A stretch of DNA of 64,000 nucleotides from Acidobacteriota bacterium (GTDB taxonomy: Bacteria > Acidobacteriota > Vicinamibacteria > Marinacidobacterales > Marinacidobacteraceae): NCBI GenBank assembly GCA_028877265.1, contig JAPPGX010000191.1, forward strand, positions 66,144 through 130,143, in the 5' to 3' direction. Numbering within the stretch: position 1 is the first letter of the stretch; every line of letters begins with the position of its first letter. The translations under genes were made by a program, and so were the position numbers. The notes under the pieces are model-generated. The model ran no database searches and was not told where the DNA came from. It was given only the letters and a program-made list of their open reading frames with translations. This document shows, piece by piece, positions 23,766 through 33,206 of this stretch.

Positions 23766-25433
23766 TCAGGACGGCTTCTCCCAGAGGACCCGGCCTCCCA
23801 CGATCGTCATCTCCACCTCGATGCCGAGCACCGCTTCCGGATCCACGGCGCGCGGATCGTCCGAGAGCACCACCGCGTCGGCGAGCATCCCCGGCGCCAG
23901 CGTGCCCTTGACGTCTTCCTCCCGGGTCACGAAGGCGCCGTTCCGGGTGTAGCCGATCAGCGCCTCCTCCATGGAGATCGCCTCGTCCGGGCCGTACACC
24001 TCCCCGGACATGCCCTTGCGCGTGGTCGCGGCGTAAAGCCCCACCATCGGACCGATGGGAAGGATGTCGCTGGAAAGGACCATGAACACCCCCCGGTCCA
24101 TCGCCGAGCGGACCGGGTTGTTCCGTTCCACCCGGTAGCCGTCCAGGTATTCACGGTAGCGCCCCTCGAGGGTGTAGGTGAAGTTGGGCTGCTGGATGAT
24201 CAGGATCCCGAGGTCCGCCATCCGGTCCAGCGTCTCGTCGGACGGCGGCACGGTGAAGTGGTTCAGGGCGTGACGGTGGTCCGGCCGGGGCACCTCCGCC
24301 AGCGCTTCGGCGAAGGCGTCCACCGCCAGCTCGATCGCCGCGTCACCGATCGCGTGGAACGCGAACTGCCAGCCCATTGCGTGCGCCTCGCGGACGATCT
24401 CGCGGAACTCCGCCTCCGGACGCACGAGGCTGCCGCGGTAGGTCTCCTCGCCCCGGTAAGGCTCCTTGGTGAAGGCCGCCGGCCCGGTGAAGCCCCCGTC
24501 CACGAAGACCTTCAGCGGGCCCACCCGCAGACGCTCGTCGCCCTCGCCGCTCAGCCGGCCGAACGCCTCCATCGCCTCAGTCCCCGCCCAGCGGATCTGC
24601 ACGGCGGCGCGGGGCAGCTCTTCTCCGAACTCGGCGTAGACCGATTCCCATTCCCCGAAGCCCGAGGGCGCCACGCCGGCGTGCACGATGCTCGTGATTC
24701 CGAGGCGCAGCAGGTCGCGGAGCGCGCCGACGAAGCTCTCCCGGAGCTCCTCCGGCGTCGCGTCGGGGACGAGCCGGGAGACGAGGTCCTGCCGTTCCCG
24801 GATGACGCCGTTCAACTCGCCGTCGGGTCCGCGCTCGATGACCCCGCCGTCCGGCTGCGGCGTGCTCCGGTCCACGCCCGCGAGCGACAGCGCGAGGCTC
24901 GACGCCACCGCGCTGTGGCCGCCCGCCCGGGTGAGGATGACCGGGTTCTCGGGAGCGGCGGCGTCGAGGTCCGCCCGGAGCGGCCGCCGCTGCTCCCGGA
25001 CCTCGTCCTCCGACCAGCCGTAGCCGGTGATCCATTCGCCGGGCCCGAGTTCGTCGGCCTTGGCCGCCACCACGTCCTGGAGTTCCTCGATCGAGGAGAG
25101 GCCGCCGAGTGGGATGTGACGCCGCGCGCGGCCGCGGATGTGAATGTGCGCGTCGTTGAACCCGGGCATGGCGGTGCGTCCGGCCAGGTCGACTTCGCGG
25201 TCCACCGCATACTGGTCGCGGAGCTCGTCACCGCCCACGGCCAGTACCCTGCCGTCGCGTACGGCGAGCGCGGTCCCCGTCGTCTCCGCCTCGTCGAGCA
25301 CCAGGACGGTCCCGGAGTGGAGCAGCAGGTCGGCCGGTTCCGGGGAGCTGCAGGCCACTGGAGTGGCGGCGGCTACGCAACCGAGAGCGGCCAGCCGCAG
25401 CAGCGTGGAACCCGCTGCCGGTTTCCGCCTCAC
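23766..25433 (-). CDS. Amidohydrolase-3 family metal-dependent hydrolase, lipoprotein
   Basis: Blocks are 'PGFNDAHIHI' (HxH metal site), 'FAFHAIGDAAI', 'LSSDILP' and C-terminal 'ADAVVLSDDP'. The GTG start at 25433 overlaps the upstream stop as GTGA. Confidence 0.8.
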   Translation of the reverse strand: MRRKPAAGSTLLRLAALGCVAAATPVACSSPEPADLLLHSGTVLVLDEAETTGTALAVRDGRVLAVGGDELRDQYAVDREVDLAGRTAMPGFNDAHIHIRGRARRHIPLGGLSSIEELQDVVAAKADELGPGEWITGYGWSEDEVREQRRPLRADLDAAAPENPVILTRAGGHSAVASSLALSLAGVDRSTPQPDGGVIERGPDGELNGVIRERQDLVSRLVPDATPEELRESFVGALRDLLRLGITSIVHAGVAPSGFGEWESVYAEFGEELPRAAVQIRWAGTEAMEAFGRLSGEGDERLRVGPLKVFVDGGFTGPAAFTKEPYRGEETYRGSLVRPEAEFREIVREAHAMGWQFAFHAIGDAAIELAVDAFAEALAEVPRPDHRHALNHFTVPPSDETLDRMADLGILIIQQPNFTYTLEGRYREYLDGYRVERNNPVRSAMDRGVFMVLSSDILPIGPMVGLYAATTRKGMSGEVYGPDEAISMEEALIGYTRNGAFVTREEDVKGTLAPGMLADAVVLSDDPRAVDPEAVLGIEVEMTIVGGRVLWEKPS

Positions 25434-26029
25434 TGCTGGATTTCCACCTCGGCGGCCTCCCCGAGCCCGAGATAGATCCGGACCCGGACCAGTTCACTCC
25501 CCCGGACCCGGAAGAACGCGGCTCCCGGGATGTACCAACGGGTCCCGTCGTCGAGGCGGGTCGCGGCGATCGTGAACTGAGCCGCGATCAGCGGCCCTCC
25601 CCACGGCCCTTCCGCCTCGGCCCAGACGGTTTCGGAGACCTCGGTGGCGGTCGCCACCTCGGGACGGATGGAATGGTCCTTCCACTCTCCCAGCAGCCGG
25701 TCCACCAGCAGCCCGACCTTTTCGCGCCCCCAGTAGGTCGCGGATCCCCGCTGGTGGTCCCCGGCCGGACCCTGAATGTGGAGCGCGTCCTCCGCGTAGA
25801 GGGCGAGAAGCGCCGCCCGGCTCTCCTCGCTGCCGTCCAGAGCGTCCACCAGCCGGAACCACCGTTCCGCCAGTTCCCGCCCGCCGGGTTCGGCTTCGCC
25901 GTCCTGGGCGCTGCCGACTGCCGCGGGCGGCGCCCATCCCAGGGTCAGTAGCACGATTCCGGCCGCCAATCTCGGGAAAACGCGGGGCCGGCGACTCACG
26001 AATCGGAGCATACCGCCGCGCGCCGGCAA
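25430..26029 (-). CDS. Hypothetical secreted protein, possibly with an NTF2/SnoaL-like fold
   Basis: The ORF is about 195 aa with an N-terminal signal-like segment (AAGIVLLTLGWAPPAAVGSAQ). It is coupled to the downstream amidohydrolase. The start is ambiguous (26029 or 26011). The fold guess is weak. Confidence 0.5.
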   Translation of the reverse strand: MPARGGMLRFVSRRPRVFPRLAAGIVLLTLGWAPPAAVGSAQDGEAEPGGRELAERWFRLVDALDGSEESRAALLALYAEDALHIQGPAGDHQRGSATYWGREKVGLLVDRLLGEWKDHSIRPEVATATEVSETVWAEAEGPWGGPLIAAQFTIAATRLDDGTRWYIPGAAFFRVRGSELVRVRIYLGLGEAAEVEIQQ

Positions 26030-26039
26030 CCCAGTCCGT

Positions 26040-28982
26040 CTATCTGGCAGCGGCGCAACGGGCGATGAAGTGCTCCTGCTCGTCGCTCAGGGGCGGGTCT
26101 TCGGCACACCGCGTCAGCGTGACCGCCGCCTCGTCGAAACGGTCGAGTGCAGTGAGGGCCTCGGCGCGGAACCAGAGGGCCCGCGCCTCCTGGGCCCGGT
26201 GGGAACGGCCCACGCCGAGGTTCTCGGGATAGGTGAGCGCCCGGTCGAAGTGGCCGAGAGCCGCCTCGGCATCTCCGGCCTCGAGCGCCTGGCGGCCGAG
26301 TTCGACCTCGGCCCGCGAGAAGAGTTGCCACACCGTGGCGTCGCCCTCCCGGAAGTTGACCCGGGTCGCGTCCAGCATGGCGATCGTTTCCTCGAACCGG
26401 CCGGTGGCGTTCAGCGCCCGGGCCAGTTCGATGGTGACGTCGTGGCGGCGGCGAACGTCCGCCGGGACGATCCGCAGCGCCCGCACCGCGTCCGCCGGAC
26501 GTCCCTCGGCGAGCAGCAGCCGCGCGAGGTCCCGGTAGAGGGTCTGGTCGGCCGGCCGGGCCGCGATCGCCTGCCGGAGGCGGTTCTCGGCCTCGGCCGT
26601 CCGACCCGCGACCTTCCAGTGCACCATCCCGAGCGCCCGGTGGGCGGTCGAGAGGCCCGGGTCGAGAGCCGTCGCCGCCTCCCAGGCCGCGGTCGCCTCC
26701 TCGAAGCGGCCCAGTCCGGCCAACAGGTGGCCGAGGAGGAGGCGCGGGGTCGCCGACGCCGGAAGATGCTCCGCCGCGGACCGGAGCACCGGCAGGGACT
26801 CGGGACGCGAGGGGAAGGCGTAGTCGAGCGGCGCGGCGAGCGCTTCGTCGCGGTAGCGGCGAGCCGCTTCGCCGCTCGCCCACTCCGCCGCGTGGAACAG
26901 GAGCACCGGTCCGGGCTCGAACCCGCCGTCCCCGCGGAGGCCGTCGAGCACCTTGAGCGCCATGTCCCCGAGCCCAAGCTCGGCGAGGGTCACGAGCAGT
27001 TCGGTGAAGGCGAACTCCGGCTCCCCCGCGAGCGCCGTCATGGCCCTCGCGGCTTCGGCCCGCGCCGGGCCGCTGGCGGTGTGGAGGCGCACCGCCCAGG
27101 GAATGAGTTCGACGGTGCCCCGCTCGATCATGCGTCCGGCGAGGTCCGCGGCCCGTTCGCGGTCGCTGCCGCGAAGGTGCGCGAGCGGTAGCAGGTCGCG
27201 GCCACCGCGCCGCAGCGCCGGGACTGCTTCGGTGGCATTGCCCTGCCGGACCTTCACCCGGCCGATCAGGCGCCAGGCCGAGGCTTCGACGCCGGCGAGC
27301 TTGGTGGCCAGATAGGCCGAGTCCAGCGCGCCCGCATCGTCACCGAGCCGGTAGCCGGCGACCGCGTGGAGGAAGCGCGCGAAACCGTGCTCGGGGTCCG
27401 CGGCGGCGACCCCGGCCAGCCGGTCGGCCGCCCGCTCGTAGAGCCCGGCCTTCAGGTCGAGTGCGGCCAGTCCGACCGCGGCGTCCGCGTGGCCGGGCGC
27501 CAGCGCGAGCGCCCGCTCGTAGAGCCGGCGGGCCTCGGCGCGGTTCAGGTCCTTGTCGGCGCGTTCGGCGGCCTGGAACGCTTCCTCGGCGTTTGCCGGT
27601 TCGGTCGCCTCGACGAGCGGCGGTGGCTCCTCGACCGGGATCTCGAGCGGAGACCGATAGGCGAGGACACTTCCGCCGTCAGCGGTTACCGCGACTTCGA
27701 TCGAGGCCGCGGGTGGCCCCGGCCATTCGACGGTCGCGACCGCCTCCGGGACCAGGTCGACGGTCGTGGAGTGCGCCGTTCCGCCGCTGCTCAGCCGGAT
27801 GTCCGCTCCGGGCAGTGCTCTCGTGGCGAGGAACAGGAAGCGCGTCTCTCGATCGCCCTCGATCCGCTCGACCACCAGGTCGGGGGTCGCGTATTCGAAA
27901 CCCTCACCGAGCCCGAACACCGGCGTCCACTCTTCGCGCCAGAAGACCCGCTGGCCCGGATGGACCCAGGCGTAGTCCGACTGGGTGGGCAGGGGACCGC
28001 TCTGCACCTCGATGTAGGGGCCGTCCTCGTCCGTGAGGGCGCGCTGGTTCATCATGCCGTCGTCGCCTTGGCCCCACGTCCAGCCCTTCTTCCCGGGCAG
28101 CTCGCGATGGTCCGCGGTCTGGACGATGCCCCGGTCATCCCCCGAGTCGTAGGCGCCGAAGAAGTCGTGGACCGCCCGGTAGGCGAAGATCGAGGTCGGT
28201 TCGGGATAGTTGGGAAGCCGGGTCATGTCCACCCCGTTGTCTTCGGGGAACCGGTAGAAGGTGGTCCCGAAGTGGTCGGTGGCGAGGGACATCGGATAGA
28301 CGAAGCGCGTGCCGTCGCGCTGGGGGAAGGCGGTGTTGTTCCAGAAGTAGTAGGGATGGGGGAGATCGGTCGGGTTGAAGATGGTGATCTCCTGGTCGAG
28401 CCGGGCCGTTCCCGGGCGGAGCGTGAGGCGCACTTCCCAACCGGTGCGGAAGCTCTGCTCGATCTCGCCGATCACGAGCGTCGCCGAGCCGTCCTCGTTC
28501 TGGACTCCGGTGACGTTCACCGGCGAATAACTGGTCACGGTGTGGCCCTGCGGACCCCGGTTCCACTCAATGCCGCCCGAGATCCAGGCGCCCCGGAGCG
28601 CGATCAGGCCGGGCCGGATGACCCGGTTGTTGTAGAACATCTGTTCGTTCTCGCGCTTGTCGAGGACCCACTGGATGCGGCCCCCGATCTCGGGAAGACA
28701 GGCCACCTTCAGGTACTCGTTCTCGAGGAAGAACGCCCTCCAGGTGTGGTCGGCCCGTTCCGTGCCCAGGTTGTCCTGCATCGTGTAGGGATAGACGATG
28801 GAGTTGTCGGTCTCGCGGAACTGCGGGTTCGGATCGTCGGGAAGGAGCGCGTAGGTCGGGAGGGTGAGTTCGCCTTCCCAGACGCGGACCGGCTCCTGGG
28901 CCGCCGCGGAAACGGAAACGGCGGCAGCGAGAAACAGCGCCTTCAGCAGGGTCGGGGGGCGTGGAGCGAGCATGCGCGTCAC
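26040..28982 (-). CDS. DUF5107 domain protein with C-terminal TPR repeats
   Basis: 'FLENEYLKVACLPEIGGRIQWVLDKRENEQMFYNNRVIRPGLIALRGAWISGGIEWNRGPQGH' matches my memory of the DUF5107 core. The C-terminal 450 aa are Ala/Leu-rich TPR-like repeats. A signal peptide is present. Confidence 0.75.
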   Translation of the reverse strand: MTRMLAPRPPTLLKALFLAAAVSVSAAAQEPVRVWEGELTLPTYALLPDDPNPQFRETDNSIVYPYTMQDNLGTERADHTWRAFFLENEYLKVACLPEIGGRIQWVLDKRENEQMFYNNRVIRPGLIALRGAWISGGIEWNRGPQGHTVTSYSPVNVTGVQNEDGSATLVIGEIEQSFRTGWEVRLTLRPGTARLDQEITIFNPTDLPHPYYFWNNTAFPQRDGTRFVYPMSLATDHFGTTFYRFPEDNGVDMTRLPNYPEPTSIFAYRAVHDFFGAYDSGDDRGIVQTADHRELPGKKGWTWGQGDDGMMNQRALTDEDGPYIEVQSGPLPTQSDYAWVHPGQRVFWREEWTPVFGLGEGFEYATPDLVVERIEGDRETRFLFLATRALPGADIRLSSGGTAHSTTVDLVPEAVATVEWPGPPAASIEVAVTADGGSVLAYRSPLEIPVEEPPPLVEATEPANAEEAFQAAERADKDLNRAEARRLYERALALAPGHADAAVGLAALDLKAGLYERAADRLAGVAAADPEHGFARFLHAVAGYRLGDDAGALDSAYLATKLAGVEASAWRLIGRVKVRQGNATEAVPALRRGGRDLLPLAHLRGSDRERAADLAGRMIERGTVELIPWAVRLHTASGPARAEAARAMTALAGEPEFAFTELLVTLAELGLGDMALKVLDGLRGDGGFEPGPVLLFHAAEWASGEAARRYRDEALAAPLDYAFPSRPESLPVLRSAAEHLPASATPRLLLGHLLAGLGRFEEATAAWEAATALDPGLSTAHRALGMVHWKVAGRTAEAENRLRQAIAARPADQTLYRDLARLLLAEGRPADAVRALRIVPADVRRRHDVTIELARALNATGRFEETIAMLDATRVNFREGDATVWQLFSRAEVELGRQALEAGDAEAALGHFDRALTYPENLGVGRSHRAQEARALWFRAEALTALDRFDEAAVTLTRCAEDPPLSDEQEHFIARCAAAR

Positions 28983-29057
28983 CTCGTCTGGGCGGGAGAG
29001 GCTATACGGGTTCGGCGTCAGGGTTCTGTCGCAAGAGAGGACCCGGACGAATGTTCA

Positions 29058-29726
29058 TCAGGGGACCAGACGCAACGGGCGGAAGGCCTCCGGCACGTGG
29101 AAGCTGGGGCTGCCGGTCGGGGACCAGGCGGCGAAGACGGCGCCCGCTTCCGGGGCCTCGGGACCGCCGGGCCGCTTGATGCGGAAGACGTTGAAGCGGA
29201 TTTCGGTGCCGGGGGCGGGAGGACCGGAGAGATCGAGGCCGGCCCAGGGCAGGAACAGGGTTCCGACCCAGCGGTCCTTCGACGTCGCCACGGCCGTCCT
29301 CAAGCCGGTGACCGAGTACCCCCGATCCATCGGTCCGATGGGATCGGAAGCCGTCTCTCCCGGTCCGAGCCTCCTCAGATCGCAGACCACGTTCGCCGGG
29401 TTGAGCTCCACTTCGACGTAACGGCCGTCGCCGAGGGGATCGAGGAAGATCTCGACCACCTCCTCTTCCCAGAGCCGGTCGTCGCGCTCCGTCATGGTGA
29501 ACCACGGTGCGTCGTCCTCCGAGTCGAACCGCAGGTGGAGACCGTGCTCGTTCCAAAGCGCCCGGAACCGGGTCCGGTAGGGCTCGGGCCCCCACACGAC
29601 TTCCCGGGCGCGTTCCCACTCCGGGGCGTCCCCGGCGAGGAGGGAGGCGGCGCCCGCCGACGTATTTCGGGCTTCGTAGAAGGGTTGGGGCTGCCACCCG
29701 AGCATCAGCAGGATCAACGAGACCAT
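29058..29726 (-). CDS. Carbohydrate-binding family 9 (CBM9/DOMON-like) domain protein
   Basis: The protein is 222 aa with a signal anchor. Blocks 'YVEVELNPANVVCDL', 'FNVFRIKRP' and 'WSPTGSPSFHVPEAF' are as in CBM9-like proteins. It is the first gene of the minus-strand operon. Confidence 0.55.
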   Translation of the reverse strand: MVSLILLMLGWQPQPFYEARNTSAGAASLLAGDAPEWERAREVVWGPEPYRTRFRALWNEHGLHLRFDSEDDAPWFTMTERDDRLWEEEVVEIFLDPLGDGRYVEVELNPANVVCDLRRLGPGETASDPIGPMDRGYSVTGLRTAVATSKDRWVGTLFLPWAGLDLSGPPAPGTEIRFNVFRIKRPGGPEAPEAGAVFAAWSPTGSPSFHVPEAFRPLRLVP

Positions 29727-29921
29727 CGGTGCCGGGAATCGTTACTCAGTCTGCGTCTCGGTGACCGAAGGCCAGTGTGCAAAGAGTTGGAGTCGCCCGA
29801 TCCAATGGTCCGAATCCTCGGTCGGAACCACCGGCAGGAGTGGGTTCCAGTGGATCATCATGGAAATGTTTTTCAATGACTTGAGATCGTAACGGAGCCT
29901 TGCTGAAGCTCCGAGAACAGG

Positions 29922-29948
29922 GCATAAAATTTGCATATATGCATAAAA
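29922..29948. promoter_or_regulatory. Candidate operator/promoter core in an AT-rich divergent intergenic island: a 12-bp perfect palindrome flanked by direct repeats
   Basis: The site reads GCATAAAAtttGCATATATGCATAAAA. The palindrome TGCATATATGCA lies at 29932-29943, and the direct repeat GCATAAAA lies at 29922-29929 and 29941-29948. It sits between divergent starts at 29726 (-) and 30197 (+). Confidence 0.4.
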
Positions 29949-30196
29949 GTCACGAGATTCGCGTGGCCTGAACGGGAGTTCCAGAAGTTCCCGGAACGCC
30001 GCGTGGCGGGCGGTGTTCCATGGGGTGTTGACGGGCTTCGGATTTCGCTATCCGTCTACCTGGCTTCAGGAACGGAACCCGTCCCCCGGAATAAAACCGC
30101 TCGTTAGGGAAGACGCCCTTGTTCGGCGTCCCGAGTCCGGGAAAGCCTTGTCAGTTTCCAGCAGTTCTTCTGTTTCTCGAAGGGAGGAGGCGAACG

Positions 30197-33067
30197 ATGC
30201 GTTTCAGGAATAGACCAGTTCCAGCAGCTGTGGCGGCGGTGTCAGTCGTCGTCCTTCTCTTTCTTTCTGCGGCGCCGGAAGCGGGGGCGCAGGGAGCCGC
30301 GGCGCTCATGACCGGCACCGTGCAGGATGAGACCGGGGCGGTGCTGCCCGGGGCCACGGTGACCGCGACGAACCAGGAGAGCGGTGTACAGCGGGTAACC
30401 GTCACGGATGAGTTCGGGCGCTACCGGCTCCCCGCGCTGATTCCGGGCGTCTACCAGATCACCGGGCAGATCTCCGGTTTCGAGACGCTCACGATGACCG
30501 ACATCACGCTGCAGATCGGCCAGGAGGCGAGCCTCGACTTCACCCTCGGGGTCCGCTCGATCGAGGAGTCGGTCACCGTTACCGGAGCGTCGCCGTTGAT
30601 CGAGACCACGAAGTCGGAGATCGCTCAAGCGGTCACCGATCTCCAGATCCAGACCCTCCCGGTGAACACCCGCGAGTGGATCAACCTTGCGATGCTCGCC
30701 GCCGGCGTGAGCCAGGACAACATCCGGGGCTACTACAACAACGCCAACATCGGCGGCGGCTCGCGCTGGTACTCCAACGCCTTCGTGGTGGACGGGGTGC
30801 GGAACACCTGGGCGGAACAGGGAGAGCCGCGCCAGAACTTTCCGATGGATTCGATTGCGGAGTTCAGGGTCACCCAGTCGCTCTACAAGGCCGAGGAGGG
30901 ACTGGCCAGCGGCGGACTGCTCACCGCCGTGACGAAGTCGGGCACGAACACGCTGACCGGCAGCACCTTCCTCTACCTGCGCGACAAGGCGCTGAACGCG
31001 CTCGGCGAATTCGAGGACGAAAAGCCCGCCTTCAAGCGCTACCAGTTCGGAGGCAGCCTGGGCGGTCCCATCGTCGAGGACCGGACCCATTTCTTCTTCT
31101 CGTACGAGCGCACCGAGCTGGATCACTTCTTCACCGTGAACACCGGTGGCGCGCTGCCGGCGGAAGAGGGCACCTTCCCACGCGACGACTACCGGCAGAT
31201 GTACGTCCTTCGCTTCGACCACCTCTTCAACCCCTACCACTCCATGATGGTCCGCTATGCGCAGGAGGACGAGCGGCAGGAGGACATCGGGGCAGGCGGC
31301 ACCCGTCTGAAAGGCTCCGGCTTTACCCAGCACATCCCCCGCCGCGCCGTGGTCGGCACCTACTCGTGGATTCCGAACAACGATGCGCTGAACGAGTTCC
31401 GGGTCCAGTGGGCGTTCGCCGCCTACCAGATCTGGCCGGGCAGTTCCGCCGAGAACTTCACCGAGAACGGCATCTGGAGCGAGGCGCGCTTCAACGCGCT
31501 CGACCAGGTCATCATCCGGCCCAGCTCGCGTCGGGGCTTTTCCTGGGCCGACGTTGGGCCCGAGGTGCGTCTCCAGTTCCGCGACGACTTCTCCTACTTC
31601 GTGACGGGCCGGGGAGGCGAACACGCCATCAAGATGGGCGTGGACTACTCCTGGGTGGACTTCAGCGACGACTGGTCGGGGAACCCCCGCGGCACCTTCC
31701 GTTTCCCGACCGACGCGCCCTATGACCCCGGCAACCCGGAGACCCATCCCACCCTCTTCACCGCGTCCGGTCCCTTCGCTCTCCTCCGCGCGTTCCAGTA
31801 CGGCGGCTTTCCGGCCGAGTGGAACACCAACGTCAAGTCCGCCTACTACTCCGCGTACATCCAGGATGACTGGAAGCCCAATGACCGGATGACGCTGAAC
31901 CTCGGCCTCCGCTACGACCTCCAGACCGGCGTCTTCAACAAGGATCTGGACCGCTCCATCTCTCCTTTCATCGAGCCGGACGCGAGGGGCGACAACAACA
32001 ACTTCGGTCCCCGCTTCGGCTTCGCCTACGACCTTACGGGGGACGGCCGGTCGGTGATGCGCGGGGGCTACGGGCTCTACTACGACAACATCCGCACGTT
32101 GCCGCAGTTCGGTGAACGACGGAACTTCCAGTACATCAACCTGCAGATCCGGAACCCGGGGTATCCCGATCCGTTCGGCGGCCGGGACTTCCTCGAGTTC
32201 GCCTCCACCGCGGCCCCCGGGATCACCATTACCGACAACGGCTACGTGAACCCGTATTCCCACCAGGCGAACGTCAGCTTCACCCGGCAGATCAGTTCCG
32301 ACCTGGCCATGTCGGTGGACTTCAACTACACAAAGGGAAATGCGTACCGCTCGGTGCGGGACATCAACATCTTCCCCGGGCCGGGCCTCGCGCGCCCCAA
32401 CCCGGAGTACGCGCGCATCACGGAAGTCGGGAACCTCGGTGGGACGGAGTACAAGGCGATGTTCGTCCGCCTCGACAAGCGGTTCGCCGACAACTGGCAG
32501 TTGATGGCCTCCTACACCCTCTCGAAGTCGGACGACTATCCCGACGGTTTCCCCCAGGATCACACCAATGTGGATAACGACTGGGGGCCGGACAGCACCG
32601 ACCGGCGTCACCGGGCGGTGATCAGCGGCATCTGGATGCTTCCCTACGGCATCGAGTTGAGCGGTATTGCCGACATCCGGTCCGCTCGCCCGGTGAACAT
32701 CACCGCGGGCACCGACCTGAACGGAGATGCGATCAGCGGTGACCGGCCGCCGGGGGTGACCCGAAACCAGGGCTGCCGCGATCTCGATTTCGGCGCCGTC
32801 AACGCCTACCGGCAGTCGATCGGCCTCTCCGCGGTGAACGAAGGCGCCTTCGAATGCCCGAACTATTTCAACGTGGACTTTCGGCTGAGCAAGCGCTTCA
32901 ACATCGGGGGACCCCGGGATCTGGAACTCTTCGTCCAGGCGTTCAACCTGTTCAACCGTGCGCATTTCGCGATCCCGGTCGGTAACGTGCGTTCCGGCGC
33001 CTTCGGAACGTCGGTCAGCGCCGGGTTCCCGCGCCAGGTCGAGCTGGCGGCAAGGATCCATTTCTGA
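30197..33067 (+). CDS. Oar-like TonB-dependent receptor (CarboxypepD_reg domain plus a large beta-barrel)
   Basis: GGAGGAGG lies 7 nt upstream of the ATG at 30197. A signal peptide is present. 'GTVQDETGAVLPGATVTATNQESGVQRVTVTDEFGRYRLPALIPGVYQI' marks the N-terminal domain, and 'TPLIETT' type plug motifs follow. The C-terminal strand is 'RQVELAARIHF'. Confidence 0.85.
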   Translation: MRFRNRPVPAAVAAVSVVVLLFLSAAPEAGAQGAAALMTGTVQDETGAVLPGATVTATNQESGVQRVTVTDEFGRYRLPALIPGVYQITGQISGFETLTMTDITLQIGQEASLDFTLGVRSIEESVTVTGASPLIETTKSEIAQAVTDLQIQTLPVNTREWINLAMLAAGVSQDNIRGYYNNANIGGGSRWYSNAFVVDGVRNTWAEQGEPRQNFPMDSIAEFRVTQSLYKAEEGLASGGLLTAVTKSGTNTLTGSTFLYLRDKALNALGEFEDEKPAFKRYQFGGSLGGPIVEDRTHFFFSYERTELDHFFTVNTGGALPAEEGTFPRDDYRQMYVLRFDHLFNPYHSMMVRYAQEDERQEDIGAGGTRLKGSGFTQHIPRRAVVGTYSWIPNNDALNEFRVQWAFAAYQIWPGSSAENFTENGIWSEARFNALDQVIIRPSSRRGFSWADVGPEVRLQFRDDFSYFVTGRGGEHAIKMGVDYSWVDFSDDWSGNPRGTFRFPTDAPYDPGNPETHPTLFTASGPFALLRAFQYGGFPAEWNTNVKSAYYSAYIQDDWKPNDRMTLNLGLRYDLQTGVFNKDLDRSISPFIEPDARGDNNNFGPRFGFAYDLTGDGRSVMRGGYGLYYDNIRTLPQFGERRNFQYINLQIRNPGYPDPFGGRDFLEFASTAAPGITITDNGYVNPYSHQANVSFTRQISSDLAMSVDFNYTKGNAYRSVRDINIFPGPGLARPNPEYARITEVGNLGGTEYKAMFVRLDKRFADNWQLMASYTLSKSDDYPDGFPQDHTNVDNDWGPDSTDRRHRAVISGIWMLPYGIELSGIADIRSARPVNITAGTDLNGDAISGDRPPGVTRNQGCRDLDFGAVNAYRQSIGLSAVNEGAFECPNYFNVDFRLSKRFNIGGPRDLELFVQAFNLFNRAHFAIPVGNVRSGAFGTSVSAGFPRQVELAARIHF

Positions 33068-33206
33068 CGTTCTCGTCGATGCGGAGCGCTGGAGCCTGCC
33101 AGCCAGCGCTCCGCTCAAGCGCCCCCGACCCATCGGGGCGCGTATGATGGAGATTCGGCCGGCCGCGAACCTTGCGGATCGGCCTTCAGGCAAGGGAGAC
33201 GGACGG

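Noticed and set aside
29742-29936. A 64-codon ORF on the minus strand just upstream of the CBM9-like gene, and the 66-codon ORF at 30013-30213(+).
   Set aside because: Both lie in the roughly 50% GC intergenic island. Their composition and codon usage are unlike the surrounding 70% GC genes, and I saw no motif or RBS. They are more likely non-coding promoter/leader sequence.
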